DNA of 64,000 nucleotides from Trichosphaerium sp. ATCC 40318 (GCA_038496445.1 JALMLS010000199.1:24238-88237); one strand, 5' to 3'. Counted from the first letter of the stretch, positions 1-14,000 are shown. Numbers and translations: made by a program. Notes: generated from the letters alone by a model not told the origin.

Positions 1-150
1 CCAAAGTTCTATTCACAATTTCTTTTAGTACACCAAAAACCTTAAATTATATTAGGTCTCTCTAAAAGCTGCAAAGTATTTTTGTGTTGAGAGCTTATGC
101 TCTTTTATTGTTTTTTTTCATGTTTTTATGTTGTATAATTTGTTTATTAA

Positions 151-2044
151 GGTCCTCGAAGTGAGCGGAAAAAATGGCCCTGTACCTTTTCTTATGTAAA
201 TTATGTTTGCTACATGGTGTCACTAACAGGGTATTCTTTTTTTATTCCAGTAAATGGTGTCACATAAGGTTTTGTTGTTGTACAATTTCTTGTTTTGTTT
301 GCTGTTGTGTTGGATTTAACTCTCAAGCTTCATGCATGTATTATATGAAGATCCGCACATAAATGCATATACAGAAGAGAAATGTTTATTTACAGAAGTA
401 ATTAACAGCAAGTGGTTAGAACATGCTAGTGTAATTGTAGTTTTATCAAAATACGATCTTCTCAAAAGGACAATGCCAGAGAACTTTGGTAAATTCCAAA
501 CAATATTTCCAAACTACAAAGGTACAGAATACAATGCTTTAAAGCCATACAGAAGACCTAAAAGAGTTTAATTTGCTGGCAGTGCAAATGCAAGAATGAA
601 TTCCTATTTTTTTCTTTCTTTTTGGCAATTGATTGTTTTAATTAATTTCTTTTCGGGTCACCTGATCTTGATGAAATTGTCTTACACGTGATTGAAGATT
701 TGAAAACGGCCATTAAAAAAGCAAGATATAATGTCGTGTTCATTTGCAGTACACTGACAGAGTTCGATTTGTACTTTCCTGTGGAACCCTTAATTGAGAA
801 AATTGCTTATAAAACAAGACGTGTAGGTTCGTCACTACTAATTTCAATAAACACTCATAATATGAAAGATGAGACAGGGAAGAGTAAAGTAAAGGATAAA
901 ACTCGATTTGGGAAGTCAATTAAATCTTACTTGTTTCCTGATTTAAGCGATGCTACTAAAATTCCATCAGAGTTTAATAGGCTCAGAGAAGATAAATATG
1001 ATGTATTTAATGACTTTGAGTTTGAACTCAATCAAGGGTCATCACTTAAGATCAGTAGGGTAAGAAAAATCACAAAATAACAGTAGCTTACTTTTTCCAA
1101 GGTATTAGTGGAGAGCCAAGTGCCTGAACTGTTTGTAGATGTTGGAGCAAGTGATACTATACTGAAGCTTGCCCATTCTTCTAGAGCGTTCAATACTTTT
1201 GTTTCATGTATTTACGGTATCCCAGTTAAACACTATGATCTGGTGGAACCGTCATTTGCCAAACTGTTGGATTCATTTCACCAAAATAAGCTTGCAAAAG
1301 AAATCCAAACGATTGAGCCTGGATGCCACTTTAACAATTCTATGGGTATCTTAAGAGGTTTAAAGAGTCTGTACAAAAACGAGCAATCAAAGAACCTAAT
1401 TCTAAAGACTGGTGATGACAACGAACTTACGTGTCACAAAGTATGTTTATTTCTATTTTACGTTTCTTTCTTTGTATGTGTTTAATGCTTCAGCGTTCTT
1501 TTTTTATCAATCGCCAACACTTCAACTATGTCATAGTAATTTAATATCTAATTGCATTATTTTTAGGTTATTTTAGTAGCACGCATACCATTCTTTGAAC
1601 AAATTCTGTTATCAAATCAATCAAATGATAAGAATGCTAGTGTCCTCAAAATTGGTGAACCTCTTCACGTTGTTAAACTTCTATTGGAGTATGTACAAAG
1701 ATAAGATTCCTATCGATGATGTAGACACTCTTTGGATGCTTTACAAGTTAAGTGATAAGTACCAAATAGAAAGAATGAAAGGATTTGTTTTATCAGGGTT
1801 TATAAAACATCTATGTGGTATTGAGTGCCTTGATGTCTTTTTACAGATACTAGAATACACAATTTACATGGAAGACGAGCTTATAGGAATGATGTGTCAT
1901 GACTGGTTTGTACGTCATGCTTGTAACGGACATGATTTCGTTTTAAACAAAGGAACAAGCGAAGAAGTTGTTGCTTACATAAAAACACTTCACCCTGTTT
2001 TAAGAGATACAGTTACCATTACTGATAACAATACAAGTTTTTAA
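151..2044 (+). pseudogene. Atypical heterotrimeric G-alpha-like domain fused to a C-terminal BTB/POZ domain (5' part outside window; apparent frameshift)
   Basis: GPRSERKKW at 151-177 (G-alpha GQRSERKKW switch II); VLYED..N..E..LF..VINSKW...VIVVLSKYDL (G4 NKxD variant); BTB signature LILKTGDDNELTCHK|VILVARIPFF...LLEY/MYKDKI...LYKLSDKYQIERMK. The reading frame shifts at ~1690 (gagtatgtac where gagtatatgtac is expected), which could be pseudogenisation or an assembly error. Confidence 0.65.
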
Positions 2045-3276
2045 GACCAAGAAGGATGCTACAATTATAAACAATAAAGCGGTTATAAATATGTTCATGA
2101 AGTTTGAAGGGTTGTACAAAGTCATTTTATACCAATTACTTTACTGGCTTGATTGACTTATAAAGCACTGTTTACTTGTTTTTCATACACCAACAAGTCA
2201 CCACCATTTTCATTCGCTCGCTGAAATCTTTTAGGCCATTGTGTAAATCCAACGTGTTTGTAGCCAAGTTTCTGTGTCATAGTTAAAACAACAATAACAA
2301 CATTAGAAGGAAATGTTGTGCCTGGTAATAAGTCTTCATCTCAGGAGTCATAGGATTTACTGTACATTGTATGCGGGTGCAACCTCGATTTATTGCACGT
2401 CTATGAACTTCTTGCATCATTGCAAATCCATAACCTGTTTGGTGCCGTTAGGTTGTATCATTCAAGTGGAAGAATTAGATTCCAAGATACCAAGAACTCC
2501 AGAAAGAGTCCATATCTTGTCAAATTGAAGCCCAGTAAAAAATGTGGTTGGTCGCTCACGCGAAATGTCAAGAAGTTCTTGGTAAATCCAGTTTTGACAA
2601 CTTTAAAGTACAATACAATGAAAAAAAATCACGTGTTCTCAAAAGGTATTTTACCTTTTTTGTGAAATCTAGGCCATACTGCAAAACAGCCTTTAGAATG
2701 TGGATCAGCTCTTTACAACCCAATTTTAATGAATGTACCGAAGTATAGAACATTATTGGTTTGTTTTTCTGTCGTCATGCATCCAATAAGTTCGCTATCG
2801 CCTAGGGTATGTAAACTTAGCGTCAAAGTAGCGTACTAACTACTATACGCCAGAATAACAGTTATTTTTTTACTATGAACAAGCTGTCTAAGCTCAGAGT
2901 GCGTAATACGACATCTGCCATGTACTTCTACTGTAAACGAGAAAGCAGCATTTACAAGCCTGCATATCTCTTCAGCACGCCCATCTACGATCACAAATGA
3001 GGTACTATATAGTCACGTTATCATTACCATATAATTTGTAGATCTCGTATCGAAGCATGTTTTGTTCTGAAAACGGACAAGGTTGGCAATCAATTGACTT
3101 AAGTGTAACCAGCTAAGTTTGAGAAAGCACCAAAGGTCACTGCTTGCCTTTCTTCAGTTACCCGAGCTTTGGCGTTTTAGTTTACAATAGATAGTCCTGA
3201 CACAAACGATAACTACAGGACTACACAATTTATTAGTTGATTTATTGGTTTTTAGTTTGGTTTGCCTTTGGCGAAT

Positions 3277-5250
3277 TTACATAAGTGTTGCAAAGAATAC
3301 AAGTACTATTAACACGTTTGGCACCAATAGTTGTGTTACTCCGCTTCTGCACTGGTAAAATATTACAGCAAGCATCTGATTCTGTCGTAAAGAAGCGGCA
3401 TAGTCATCAACACACTCAGTAGGTGCCATTTGGATTGTCGGCGTAGCTACTTCACAATTTTGTTGTTGAGAGATAAGCATTGTAATATTCTAGGGTTGTT
3501 AGCATTCATATAGCTCATTCAGGACAATTTAAGCGTACCAGTTCGGACCCTTGCTAGTAATAAATATGAGAATAAAAAAGGAAAAGACTTCTTTAGTTTG
3601 AATTCGAAACGCACCCTTGAGTTTCTGGAGTCAAGTGAGAAATCTCCATCAATACAGCCTGTAACATCTACAATACTATACGTATCTTCAAGTACAAGTA
3701 CTGTATTATCAAGACTCAAATCTCCTATTAAAAATAAGTCTCGTTGAATCTTACTAGAGTTTTACAATCAAAACGTTACTGCAAGATTACATAGACAGAA
3801 AATAAAAGAAAGCGTTTATGGAAACGCAACTAGTTTTAACTGCATTTTTGAGGTGTTAGATACACCGCTTACCATTAACATAAACATTATCTGCAAGCGA
3901 CAGAATAGGCTCAACAATAGACACATCAGCTAGCGAAAATGATGTTAATTCCCCACCCCAAAGATCATTTTAAGTCTTAACGGGTTGGAGACGTGCCTTT
4001 CTCCCTTATATTAATATCTCGTTCACAAATAACGTTTGTTTTGTGCTCTGAACACCACACATCTATCCAATAAGGACCACCAACTTCACCGCTTGATATT
4101 GTAACACAATGCTCTTGTATCCTGTAGTCAATTAAAAGAGGTTCCTTCGGTCCCCACGGAAACTCTCTGAAAGTTGCACCAAAATCACGTGTTTCGTTCG
4201 TGATTGCCTGTTAGTTTGAGGAAAAAAATAAGACTATCGACGATTGTATTTATCAGCTCTATTTGATCATTCTCGTACCCATTGCCAGTCTAAGTGTCCT
4301 CGCAGTCCTGTCGTCAATCCAGTCCACAAAAAGCTTTGCTCTTCACCAAATAGATCTTCAGCAAACTGAAGTACAGCATCAAATTCTTCTCGTGATGTTG
4401 TAGTTACCAAATATGCACCATCACGCATGCACAACCCTACACAATTGTCACAAAACGTTTACAAAACAAGTTAATCATTCATTTCACCTTGTGCTGTAAC
4501 CCAATTCACTTTTCGCTGTATTCCGTGGTAGCAATGACCTACAATGCAACTTTATGTCAAGGCTTTAAAAAATAAGATCGAAGTGCAGGCAACTTACCTG
4601 CTAACACGTGAGGGCAAGAAACATTTTGGTTTACCTCCAAACATGGCGTTGACACATTTGACATACTCGCAGGAGTATCAGACTCGCATACATAGTGTTC
4701 AGCAACGCACTCACCGCGTATTTCCTGTGTAGTGTTTTAATAAAAAACCTCCGCCTGTAATTCTGCTTTTGTTGACTTACGCCGCCTATGAAATGCGTGC
4801 AAGTGCCAGCATCGTGAGGTGTATTTCTTATAAAGTTTATATCAAACAGTCTTGTTTCCGCCCTACTACCATCGTACCAAACGTAATCTGTACCATTGGG
4901 TCGCAAATACAATCTTAGAGACTGTAATACAAAAAAGGTCAAAAAAAAGTGAAACGCTTCGAATTGACTTGTTGCGAGCTCTTACGGGAAAGTGAGTCAT
5001 TAATGACACTTCTAGTATGGTAGTATCCATTATTAGCGGGTGTGATCCTGTAATATAAATGAAATGGGAGAGTTGGGGAAATTAAAGTGGGTTCTTTTAA
5101 TTGCTCTTACGGACCTACTTCGCATTCATCAGCCGTTCCATTTACTGTTTTATGTAAGTGGTAAATAGTATCTTCCCAATAACATGAAGATAATAAAGTA
5201 CAGTGATATCCTGCAGCACACAGAAGCAATATAAATAAAGCGTGCGACAT
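3277..5250 (-). CDS. Secreted/surface protein with C-type lectin-like domain(s) and hydrophobic C-terminus (TM/GPI signal)
   Basis: Signal peptide MSHALFILLLCAAG at 5250; YVWYDGS; exon ~4020-4200 reads FPWGPKEP...EHCVTISSGEVGGPYWIDVWCSEHKTNVICE (CTLD W..EP / C...W.D..C...ICE pattern); C-terminus VLIVLVFFATLM*. Multi-exon; some junctions uncertain. Confidence 0.65.
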
Positions 5251-5767
5251 TTAATTATACGCGTTCTGGAAGCGAAAAATAGCAAGAAATCTAACGACTG
5301 TTGTAAGTTAGTAAAATAAAATCACGTGATAATAAAAAGAAGAAAACTCCGTTTTTCCACGCACACAATGTACTTATGGGGTTGCAGTATTTGAAGTCCA
5401 CAAAATGACTTGCTAAAACCTGTTGCGACATTGTGGTACAAATAAGGGCAACTTAGACCAACAGGTGTAATAAGTGGTTAATTGGTGCTAAACTCACGTA
5501 GATATTGGAAGCTACTGCAGACGATGAGAATCTTTTTCAAAGGAAGGTGTTTGATTGCAGATTATCCACATACTTTCACTTGCAGGTGTATTTATCTCCA
5601 AAAACGCTCACATTCCTTTAATTATCACTGACAACTTTCAAATAAAGGCGGATCGCGGTCTTCACTTTTATGACAAAAAAAACCAGAATAACATACTTTC
5701 TTGTTTTTCAAGTTCTTGGTGTATTACTAGATAAAAAGTTTTTGCAGTACAACAAAAATAATTTTTG

Positions 5768-7885
5768 TTAGTGTCTTCCACGACGTCTGTCTCTGCTACT
5801 ACTCCTTCGCCTACTTTCATACCGACGTTTATCTCTTCTATAATCACCATCTCTTCCTCGTCTACCTCTATCATCCCTTCGTCTATCTCTACTGTACCTA
5901 CTATCACTTCGTGAAGACCTATACCTCTTTCGTCTGAAAAGAAAAAAAAAGTAAGTAAACAAGAAAACAGGTAACAAAAAACCACCTTGAAAAAATATCG
6001 CATGCAGCATAGCTGCTAAACCGATTCTTTGGAAACTTAAGTTTAATAGAGTGCAATGATGTAATACACAAAAAAATCAAACAGTTGAAACATAAAGCAG
6101 TGAGATACACTCAAAAAAACGGATGGATAAGAAATTGTAAAAAAAACTAATTAAGTTAAACTAACCTGTCACGTGATCGTGAATGGCTTCTACGGCGTTT
6201 ACGTCTACGTCTACTATCACTTGAACTTGAAGAAGACCTAGATCTAGATCTTGAAGAGTAAGAAGAACGAGATGAATCATCATCACTATCAGAATTATCA
6301 TCATCGCCTTCTTTTTTTTTCTTATCATCACTTTTTTTAGAAGAAGACTCTTTTTTATCACCAGAAGCACCATCCTTTCCTCTTATCTCCTGAAAAGGTA
6401 GTACTTTATCTTCCTCCTCTTGTAGCTTCTTTTGTGCTGCAAGGTCACCCATCATTGCCTTCTGTTTCTCCCACTGTTCTTCGATTCTTTGTCGCTCAAG
6501 TTCGTCTTTTATTTTTTTCTGTTCTTCCTGTTCTTGTTTTTTTTTCTGTGCTTCTATTTCTTTAAAGTTTATTGTAATCACCTCATCCTTTGATTTTTTC
6601 TTCTTTCTACGTTTTTTTTCGTTAAATGTTTTCCAACTATCAACACGAACAGTACTAAAAGTTAAACATGTGAGACATCAAGACATCAAATTGAAGTAAA
6701 TAAAATAATTCAAAAAAAAACATAGATATAGTCTTACCGTTGTTCAAGCCATGTCTTCTCGTGAGCTCTCTCAGCTGCTTTCTTCCTCAACAACTCTTGT
6801 CTCAACTCTCGCTTCTTCATATCTTCTTTAGCTTGAACTTTAACAAGCGTTTCCTTTGCACAAACCATTAACAAACATGTCACAAAAAAAAAAAAGAAGG
6901 AAAAACAAATAACAGAGTCAAAAATCCGAGAAAGAATAACACGTGATTTTTTTGAAACAATTAGATTCATCAATTTAGATTCTATCATATTTTAAAATAG
7001 AAAGTGCAAGTGCCGTAGCACACCACCAAAAAAAAAAAGTTATTTTCGGAACTCTAAAAAAAATCGTACCTGACGTTGTTGTAGCTCTACAAATATCTTA
7101 CATAACTCTTTCCTAACTTCACGCTCGTAGTCATCATTGGTAGGTTCACTATATACCTCTCTATTGACTATACACTGAGTTTTTCTCTTCTCCTCCCTCT
7201 TGTCTATTCTCTCTTTAGCCTAAAAAAAAAGGACATTTTTAAACAAATTGCTCCATTCAAGCGAAAAAAAAAGCGCTAAACGTTGTATTTTGCCAAGTTC
7301 ATCTTCCTGCGCATGGCAAGGAAGGTTGTTTTTCGTTTTAGTTGTTTTTCAAAATGTTTGAATTAAAAGCGGGTTTTTGTCTTTGATACTACTTTAAAGG
7401 CCTGTATAGGCTTATACATACCTGTTCTATAACACGTTTGCAATATTCAAGCTGTTCTGTGTCTGTTAATGTTTTGTAAGCATTACTATCATGTGTTAGC
7501 AATGTGTCGTATAATTCTATGTGATTTGTTGCGTTAGAAGGGCTTGACGTACTTTAAAACAGAAAATGCTTTTTTGGACCTATCAGAGCCCTCATTCCTA
7601 TCTAAATAGCGTTAAAATCATGATCGTGAGCGTGTTACCATACCTGGATGTAATTTTCGTGACAATACTTTGTAAACGCGTTTAACATAGGTAGGTTCAA
7701 GGTTTAACCCTACTCCGAGCACTTCCATTGGGTTGTAGTTCCAATACTTGGCGCCTAGAGAAATTTTAACGTTACATTGTGTATTTAAAGCGCGTAATGG
7801 TTAACGCACCTTGTCTGTCAAGCAAGCGCGTGAAATGTTGCTCAGAGCTGAGAGTGAGGATGTCATCATCAGTCCACGTAGTCAT
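5768..7885 (-). CDS. DNAJC8: DnaJ subfamily C member 8 / Spf31-like spliceosomal J-protein with RS-rich C-terminal extension
   Basis: Spliced translation: MTTWTDDDILTLSSEQHFTRLL, YWNYNPMEVLGV, LSRKLHP|D (HPD across an intron), SKKAFSVLK, coiled coil, RVDSWKTF (DNAJC8 RVDSWRNF), then an SR/RD-rich tail. Confidence 0.85.
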
Positions 7886-8045
7886 GGTAGCGGCTATTAC
7901 ACACTACAGCGCCAATGAAAATGGCTTTGCGTTTTTGTGAAAGTCAGGCGCTAGTCATTTTCCCAGTTATTATTCCACAGGTAAAAAAAACTGCTGGGAG
8001 CTTGTGGTAATCCTGGTTCATTGTAGTAGCTTTTTCGAATACATT

Positions 8046-9389
8046 ATGCTTCGGAGTACGGTACCGTAGTATAATTAGAACTAAAATGGAGCTGTAAGGG
8101 AATTATCTTGCCAACCGCGGAATAACCACATCAATACCTGTAGTAGATAACCGCGCGCGCATAGACACCGATACGAAGAGTAAACGATTCGTGTCATTCA
8201 TAAGTTGTGACACAAGGCGCCAGTACGCTCCAGTTTCTAGAATACGTAGTTTGAGAGTACTTCGTCATCTTAGTACAAAAAGTATTACCTTCTGGCAACG
8301 CGAGAAAGTGTTTTGTACGGTTGTTTTTTTTGAATTTGAAATTACAATCTCACCTAAAACGCAATGTAGCGCAAACACGTGGATTTAAAACTTCCTCAAA
8401 TTTACTTTGTGGCACCGAATCATCCAGTAGTAGCAAACTTGAAGTCATTGAGGCACGTGCATAGTTAGAAAACATGAGATAGCTAACCTAAAAAGGAATT
8501 CCATGAAAATGGTAAGTTGTCCGCTAGATACCACCAACGAGATGGAAAGACAGAAGGACCATTTACCCAATACTATCCGAACGGAAACAAAGAATCAGAA
8601 GGCATTGTAGTAGATGGAAAGATGGATGGACTAATGAAACAATACTATGATACAGGAGAACTAGAAATGGAAATTAGTTTATCACGTGATGAGAGACATG
8701 GTGAAACAAAAGATTACTATCGTAATGGACAACTGAAAGTTTCTAGTATATTTGTAAATGGTAAAGAAGAAGGGAAACGTACAAGATGGCATGAGAATGG
8801 GAAGATAATGACTTACTCAAACTACAAACAAGGTATACTTCATGGAAAACTAAAACAATACAACGACAAGGGTACAATGAGTATCTATGCTAACTACGAA
8901 AACGGTGTACAAAACGGACCTTATACTACATGGTATGATAACGGTAAGATGCATACGTATGGAAGCAAGAGAAATGGTAAGTATCATGGTGAGTATAAAC
9001 AATATCTCGAAAATGGAAAGATGGATGTCCATGCTTTTTATAAAGATGGAAATATTGTTGATACATATAAACAATGGCATCATCCTGAGTGTGAACATTT
9101 ATCTTTTCTTATACAAGACAGATTTATGGGTAGAGAGTTTAAACACTTTTATCAAGATGGTACACTACAGATTCGTGGATATCGTGAGAACAATATGTTT
9201 GATGGCTTATATGAAGAGTATTATCCTTCTTCTAAGTTGAAGTTAAAATGCAATATGAAGCAAGGCAAGATTGATGGTAAATGTGAAATGTGGACACCAG
9301 ATGGGGCAGTTATTGACGAGAATTCAGATAATGGCATCGAAATGATGAAGATAGCAAACAATAGAGACCATAAAGAGGCTCTGTTTTAA
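8046..9389 (+). CDS. MORN-variant (YwqK-like) repeat protein, probable N-terminal mitochondrial presequence
   Basis: About 12 repeats of Y/W-Y/H-x-N/D-G-x(10)-G in 8496-9389. The upstream exon joins via a GC donor (attgag|gcacgt ... ctaacctaaaaag|) and reads RSLRVLRHLSTKS...TRGFKTSSNLLC. The start at 8046 (MLRST) is tentative. Confidence 0.75.
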
Positions 9390-9770
9390 GTAACAAAAGT
9401 AAACATTCGTAAACCTTCTTTTTTTTTTTTGATATGAAACCATTTTCTGCGTGCACCTGCCAATAACTTGACCCTCGTGTATTATTCCTGTAACATTACT
9501 TAAAGTGATGGTATAACAGACGGAGGTGTTGGTTTGATTATGGTCCCCGTAGAGGTGCAGTATACTGTAGCCTATTATACGGAGATCTTGAAGACTGTAC
9601 ATTTTACATCAGCAACACAATAAAACAATACAGTACATATGTTGTACTTCAAACTAAAAACATCTCTTCTCTCCTGTTGTTTTTAGCATGAGCGCTTCAC
9701 TACAAGTCTATGAGCGACACTTTATGCACTAAGTTACGAGGAAGTGGACCGTCTACTAGTATGGTATTAT

Positions 9771-9863
9771 TAGAGATGCAGAAATACTAGTCCGGACCGG
9801 ATACGGACCGAAAACCGAAATCTTGAAACCGGACCGGTATCGGTCCGGTATTTGCCACCTCTA
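9771..9863. mobile_element. Short non-autonomous hAT-like MITE
   Basis: Imperfect TIRs TAGAGATGcagAAATAC ... GTATTTgcCACCTCTA (cf. Ac TAGGGATG); interior packed with ACCGG/ACCGA subterminal motifs; GC/CpG-rich island in AT-rich DNA; flanked by degenerate direct repeats gtatggtattat / gtacggtactat. Confidence 0.6.
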
Positions 9864-11070
9864 GTACGGTACTATAATCCACTTCCCTGTAATGTGCACA
9901 GCAGTCAAACGACTCCTCAGAATTGGAGGGCTGCCATAGTGAATCAAGAAACAAGGTGTCAAGCACAGATTAAATAAAGGGGCATACCTTAGACTATTAA
10001 CCTAGTATATCATCGCGCCAACGAAACATTTTGAAAATAGGCTGTTCAAAGAATAAAACGATCTTGTGTTGATTTTCTTGAGTAGGGTTTTGCCTGTAAA
10101 ACTCATTATCAAAAAACCCAGAAAACAAGACAACAAATGACTTCAAGACAATGCCGTTCGTTAAATCATAGTGGAATTATTAAAGTTGCAAAGAATATGT
10201 CGCTCAAAGCTACTAGCATGTCAACAACCTCTAATACAAATCTTATGCAAAAGTACCTAAAATAGCTCTTTTGTTTTCTTACATAACTTTTTACAAAGGG
10301 CTTTGAGGAAAGCCAAGGCACATCACATTCAATTCAAATGTGATCAACGCTCCATTTTGAAACATTATAAACTAAATAAGCCGATGAAAGACGCTACAAA
10401 TGTTTCATGTGCTTCCACAAAGACAACCTTTCAGGAAGAGTACAAAGGAAACAACTATATTTCTTTGTCGAAGAAAAAAAACATAGAAGTTGTCAAAAGA
10501 ACATGTCACGATTGAAATACTTGTAGCTGTAATCGACTTTTTTAATAAAAATACTACCTCATTTGTACTACACATGTATTGCAACTTACAAGTTGGCTTT
10601 AATTGCTCGCAGTGTTGAAACAGTCAAAAAAAATAATTCTAGAAGAACGACTGAATAGTTCCAAAAACAACTCCTGAAGAAGTAGCTGAAGTAGATATAC
10701 TGACAATCAAAGAAGGTAATAACAATACCACTAGCACGTGAACCTGTTAAAGCATTAGCTAGTTTTCATATGATTTATCTTGACAGATGAAGGTGTCAAG
10801 GCGTAGCTGAAAGAACTGTAAACAACGAAAACACGGTTTCAAAAATCTAGATCAACTTAAAAGAAAATACACGGATACTGAGAAAAAAAACTGTATGAAC
10901 ATACGGACTTGCGTACATAGTGAGAGTACTAACTGTATAAAACAATGTGTGAGTTTCATATTTATTTACATTAGACCAAGTGATAAATAACAGTCTCTTT
11001 AGTCATTAACAACACTACAAATAGCGGAGAGTATCTTCCAAGATTTTTGAATCTAGGACTATTTTTCTAT

Positions 11071-14000
11071 TCACATTGATGGCGTAGCATTCGTTCTACT
11101 TTTTCTTCGCCTGTTTAGCTTTAATGTTATTAATTCTACTCCACAGTAAAGGTCGTCTGTTCGCTATAAAAAAAAGAAACAACAGTCAGTCGAGAAGAAA
11201 CAAAAAAAAATCACGTGATTTTTATAAGACGGTACGTACAACGAATGTGTAGTTTCTTTCTTTTTTAGTTGCTGAGTTTACTATTGCTATGTGATTGCAA
11301 TTTTCTAAAGCATCTAAAATATCATTTTCCTAAAAGAATTGCCGGTAAGCTTCGATGAACAACTTCATTATTTTTCGTACTTCTTTCCAGGTTGCAACAA
11401 ATGATGCAATATGTTTTTCTAGTATATCACGATCGTTTGGACCAATTGCATTAACAACACGCTTAGTGACAGCCTATTTATAAGTTAATGGTTGAGTGGG
11501 AGCACAAACGTGACAAGTCCAAAGAAAAAAGAAAAGACTTGATCAAAGGGTAAAAAAGTCATAATTGTAATGTTTCTTCCTTTTGGCTTACCTTTATTGT
11601 GCCCCGAGAATTAATGACAATCATAGGAGTCGACTCTTTTAGTAATGAACTGAATGTACTTCCCCAGTCAACTTCCTTGAACAAAAAGACATATTCCTTT
11701 TCTTTGTTAAAAACTTTTTCTGCCATTGTTATATCCACTAGTTTCTCTCTACCATTCTACGCACCAAGTGAGATTTACGATTTTTTGAATATAATGAACG
11801 CATTGTTAAGACAGTATAGTATATTGTTAAGACAGTATAGTATCGACGTACATGACAGATAACTTCATCACGGAATGTCAATGAATTCTTTCCTGATGAA
11901 AAAAATACATCATCTAAATTTTCTGGTAATTTCTCAAACTCTTTGTTGTTAACCAAAATCTTTGTTATACATCCTTGGAACAGATTCGACGCTATTATCC
12001 AAAGTTAATCACTTCATAAATAAAATAATATGTTTGGTAAGTACTTTTATATCCAAGGAACGAATGAGCCTAATAGAAAATGTCAAGAGCTGCCAAAAAG
12101 TTCTTGGGGTAATACCTTTTTGTTTAAGAATTGAACTTTTCCATCCAAGGTTGTAATTAGTAAAGGGGTGCTTATTTTATCCACGTGATAATCTGGTGGC
12201 TCTTTCTTCCCTTCAACCATAACTTTACCGCTTTCATCACTAACATGTCTCAGCATTTCCGTAACATCAGCTACGCCTTCAACCACTAAAAAAAAAATCA
12301 ACACGTGTTTTGAAATAAATCGTTTATATATCTTACCTCGTAATGCTCCGCTACCGTCAGTGAATTTTATTTGATTATCATCACTACTTAGTATTTGACG
12401 GAAAATGGAATGCGCGTTTTTCTTATCTACTTGTAGAGTAGAAGTGCCTTGCCTATAAAAAAACAAGTCAATTTAACTCTCTGTTTTTGGCTATGATTCG
12501 CCAATGCCTTACATTGAAATTGCTCCGTTTGTACTCTTACGATCATCTGTATTCTGTTTAGGCTCCTTAGTAGTCTTACAAGGTAGCACTAGTGTTAAAA
12601 CTAAGTTTCCAGGGTTGCCCATATTCCATTGAATTTTTCCACTCAAAGCATCCAATAGCGATCGCACTAACGCACTGGTTAATAAACTATTTTGGATATA
12701 AAGTGCACTCACAAGCATGAAGCGCAGCAAATGACCCCCTTCCTATAGGCTTATTTGCTTTCCGAGGCTCATCTTGAGCACGTGGAACGAAGTCAGTAAT
12801 TTGAAGTTTAAGAGTGTTTTGCCTTGAGTAAAGATGTTAATATCAGGCTTGAGAGTTTAGTACAGCCACGTACATTAACCACGGTGTTACAAGTATTTGA
12901 GTTGAGTTTGCATATTCCAGCAAACTCCACATTGCAACAACTAAGAGTAGTTTAAAGTTATCCGAATTACCAATAACAATGCTATGTTTTTGTCTAAAGA
13001 AACAACATTAGACAAGGCGCTTGATAGAACAAAAAAAGTACTTACTTCGGATAGTATGCAGTAACAACTGTTCCTGCTCTCGCCAAGTGTTTGATGAGTT
13101 CGATTGATGAGTTGACAAGCTTATTTAGACGTGTAGGTTTTGGTGCAGTTGAACCCTTTATGCCTTTACTAGACAAGCTCCCGAGTAATTGAGTCATCAA
13201 TGTTACCATTTGTTTTGAAACTACAAAATAAAACCATCAAAATCACGTGATAAAATCTATTAAAGACGAGAAAAAAGTGAGTTTTCATCTTTTTTTTCGT
13301 ACTTGTTTTTCCTCTGTTATCGAGCACTTTCTTTTCTATTGTTTTACTCATAGCATGTGTCATTTCTATTAGTTTTTCACGCGCTTTTGACATACGCATC
13401 TCTTCTCTCTAATGAGAAAAAGTCAGTTGTTTTTGTTCTTTTTTTTGATATATGTCCCTGTAATAACATAAATTTTCTGAGCAACTGTTGTTGATTCTGC
13501 GACAATGCAAAATAAGCTCAAAATATTCATTTCATTTACATAGTATTAAAATAGGTTCATTCAAACACTTACCATGTCTTTTCCTCCACTTTGACGTCTC
13601 TTTTGATGAGATGGTTCTGGCACATGTTCTTCAGTTAACTCAACAGACTTGAGATGCATTTCTAAAGCAATCAGTAACGCATTAAAACAAAAAGTTGACC
13701 GCATTGGACACTGTCTAGTATGTCCTGAATCAACTTACCGTCAACTGTTAGTATAGTGCGCTTGTGCTTTATTTCTCTTAAGAACTCTAGGATATCATTC
13801 CTTGGTTTTATATCGTACAAAATTCTGTTTTGCATAATAAGTATTGAACCCATATAAAAATAGTTTTAGTTGTACCTCTGAGAATCTACTAGCAACTTGA
13901 AATTACGAGCTAATTCACGCATTTTAGTCCAATTCACATATTGCTTTTCCTTGTCCATGAATGTTGGAGCCTCCTCAGCATGAAAGCAATCGTGAAACAG

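Noticed and set aside
2313-3000. Possible plus-strand gene
   Set aside because: Exon-like fragments, but no reliable model or recognisable domain.
4982-5053. Apparent second copy of the outer 9.7-kb inverted-repeat element
   Set aside because: The ends coincide with the minus-strand splice acceptor (ttacag) and donor (gtaaga) of an open exon in the lectin gene, so the similarity is probably coincidental.
9900-11050. Possible small genes on either strand
   Set aside because: I could not build a supported model.
11802-11843. 21-bp tandem duplication (attgttaagacagtatagtat x2)
   Set aside because: A local intronic duplication with no further structure.
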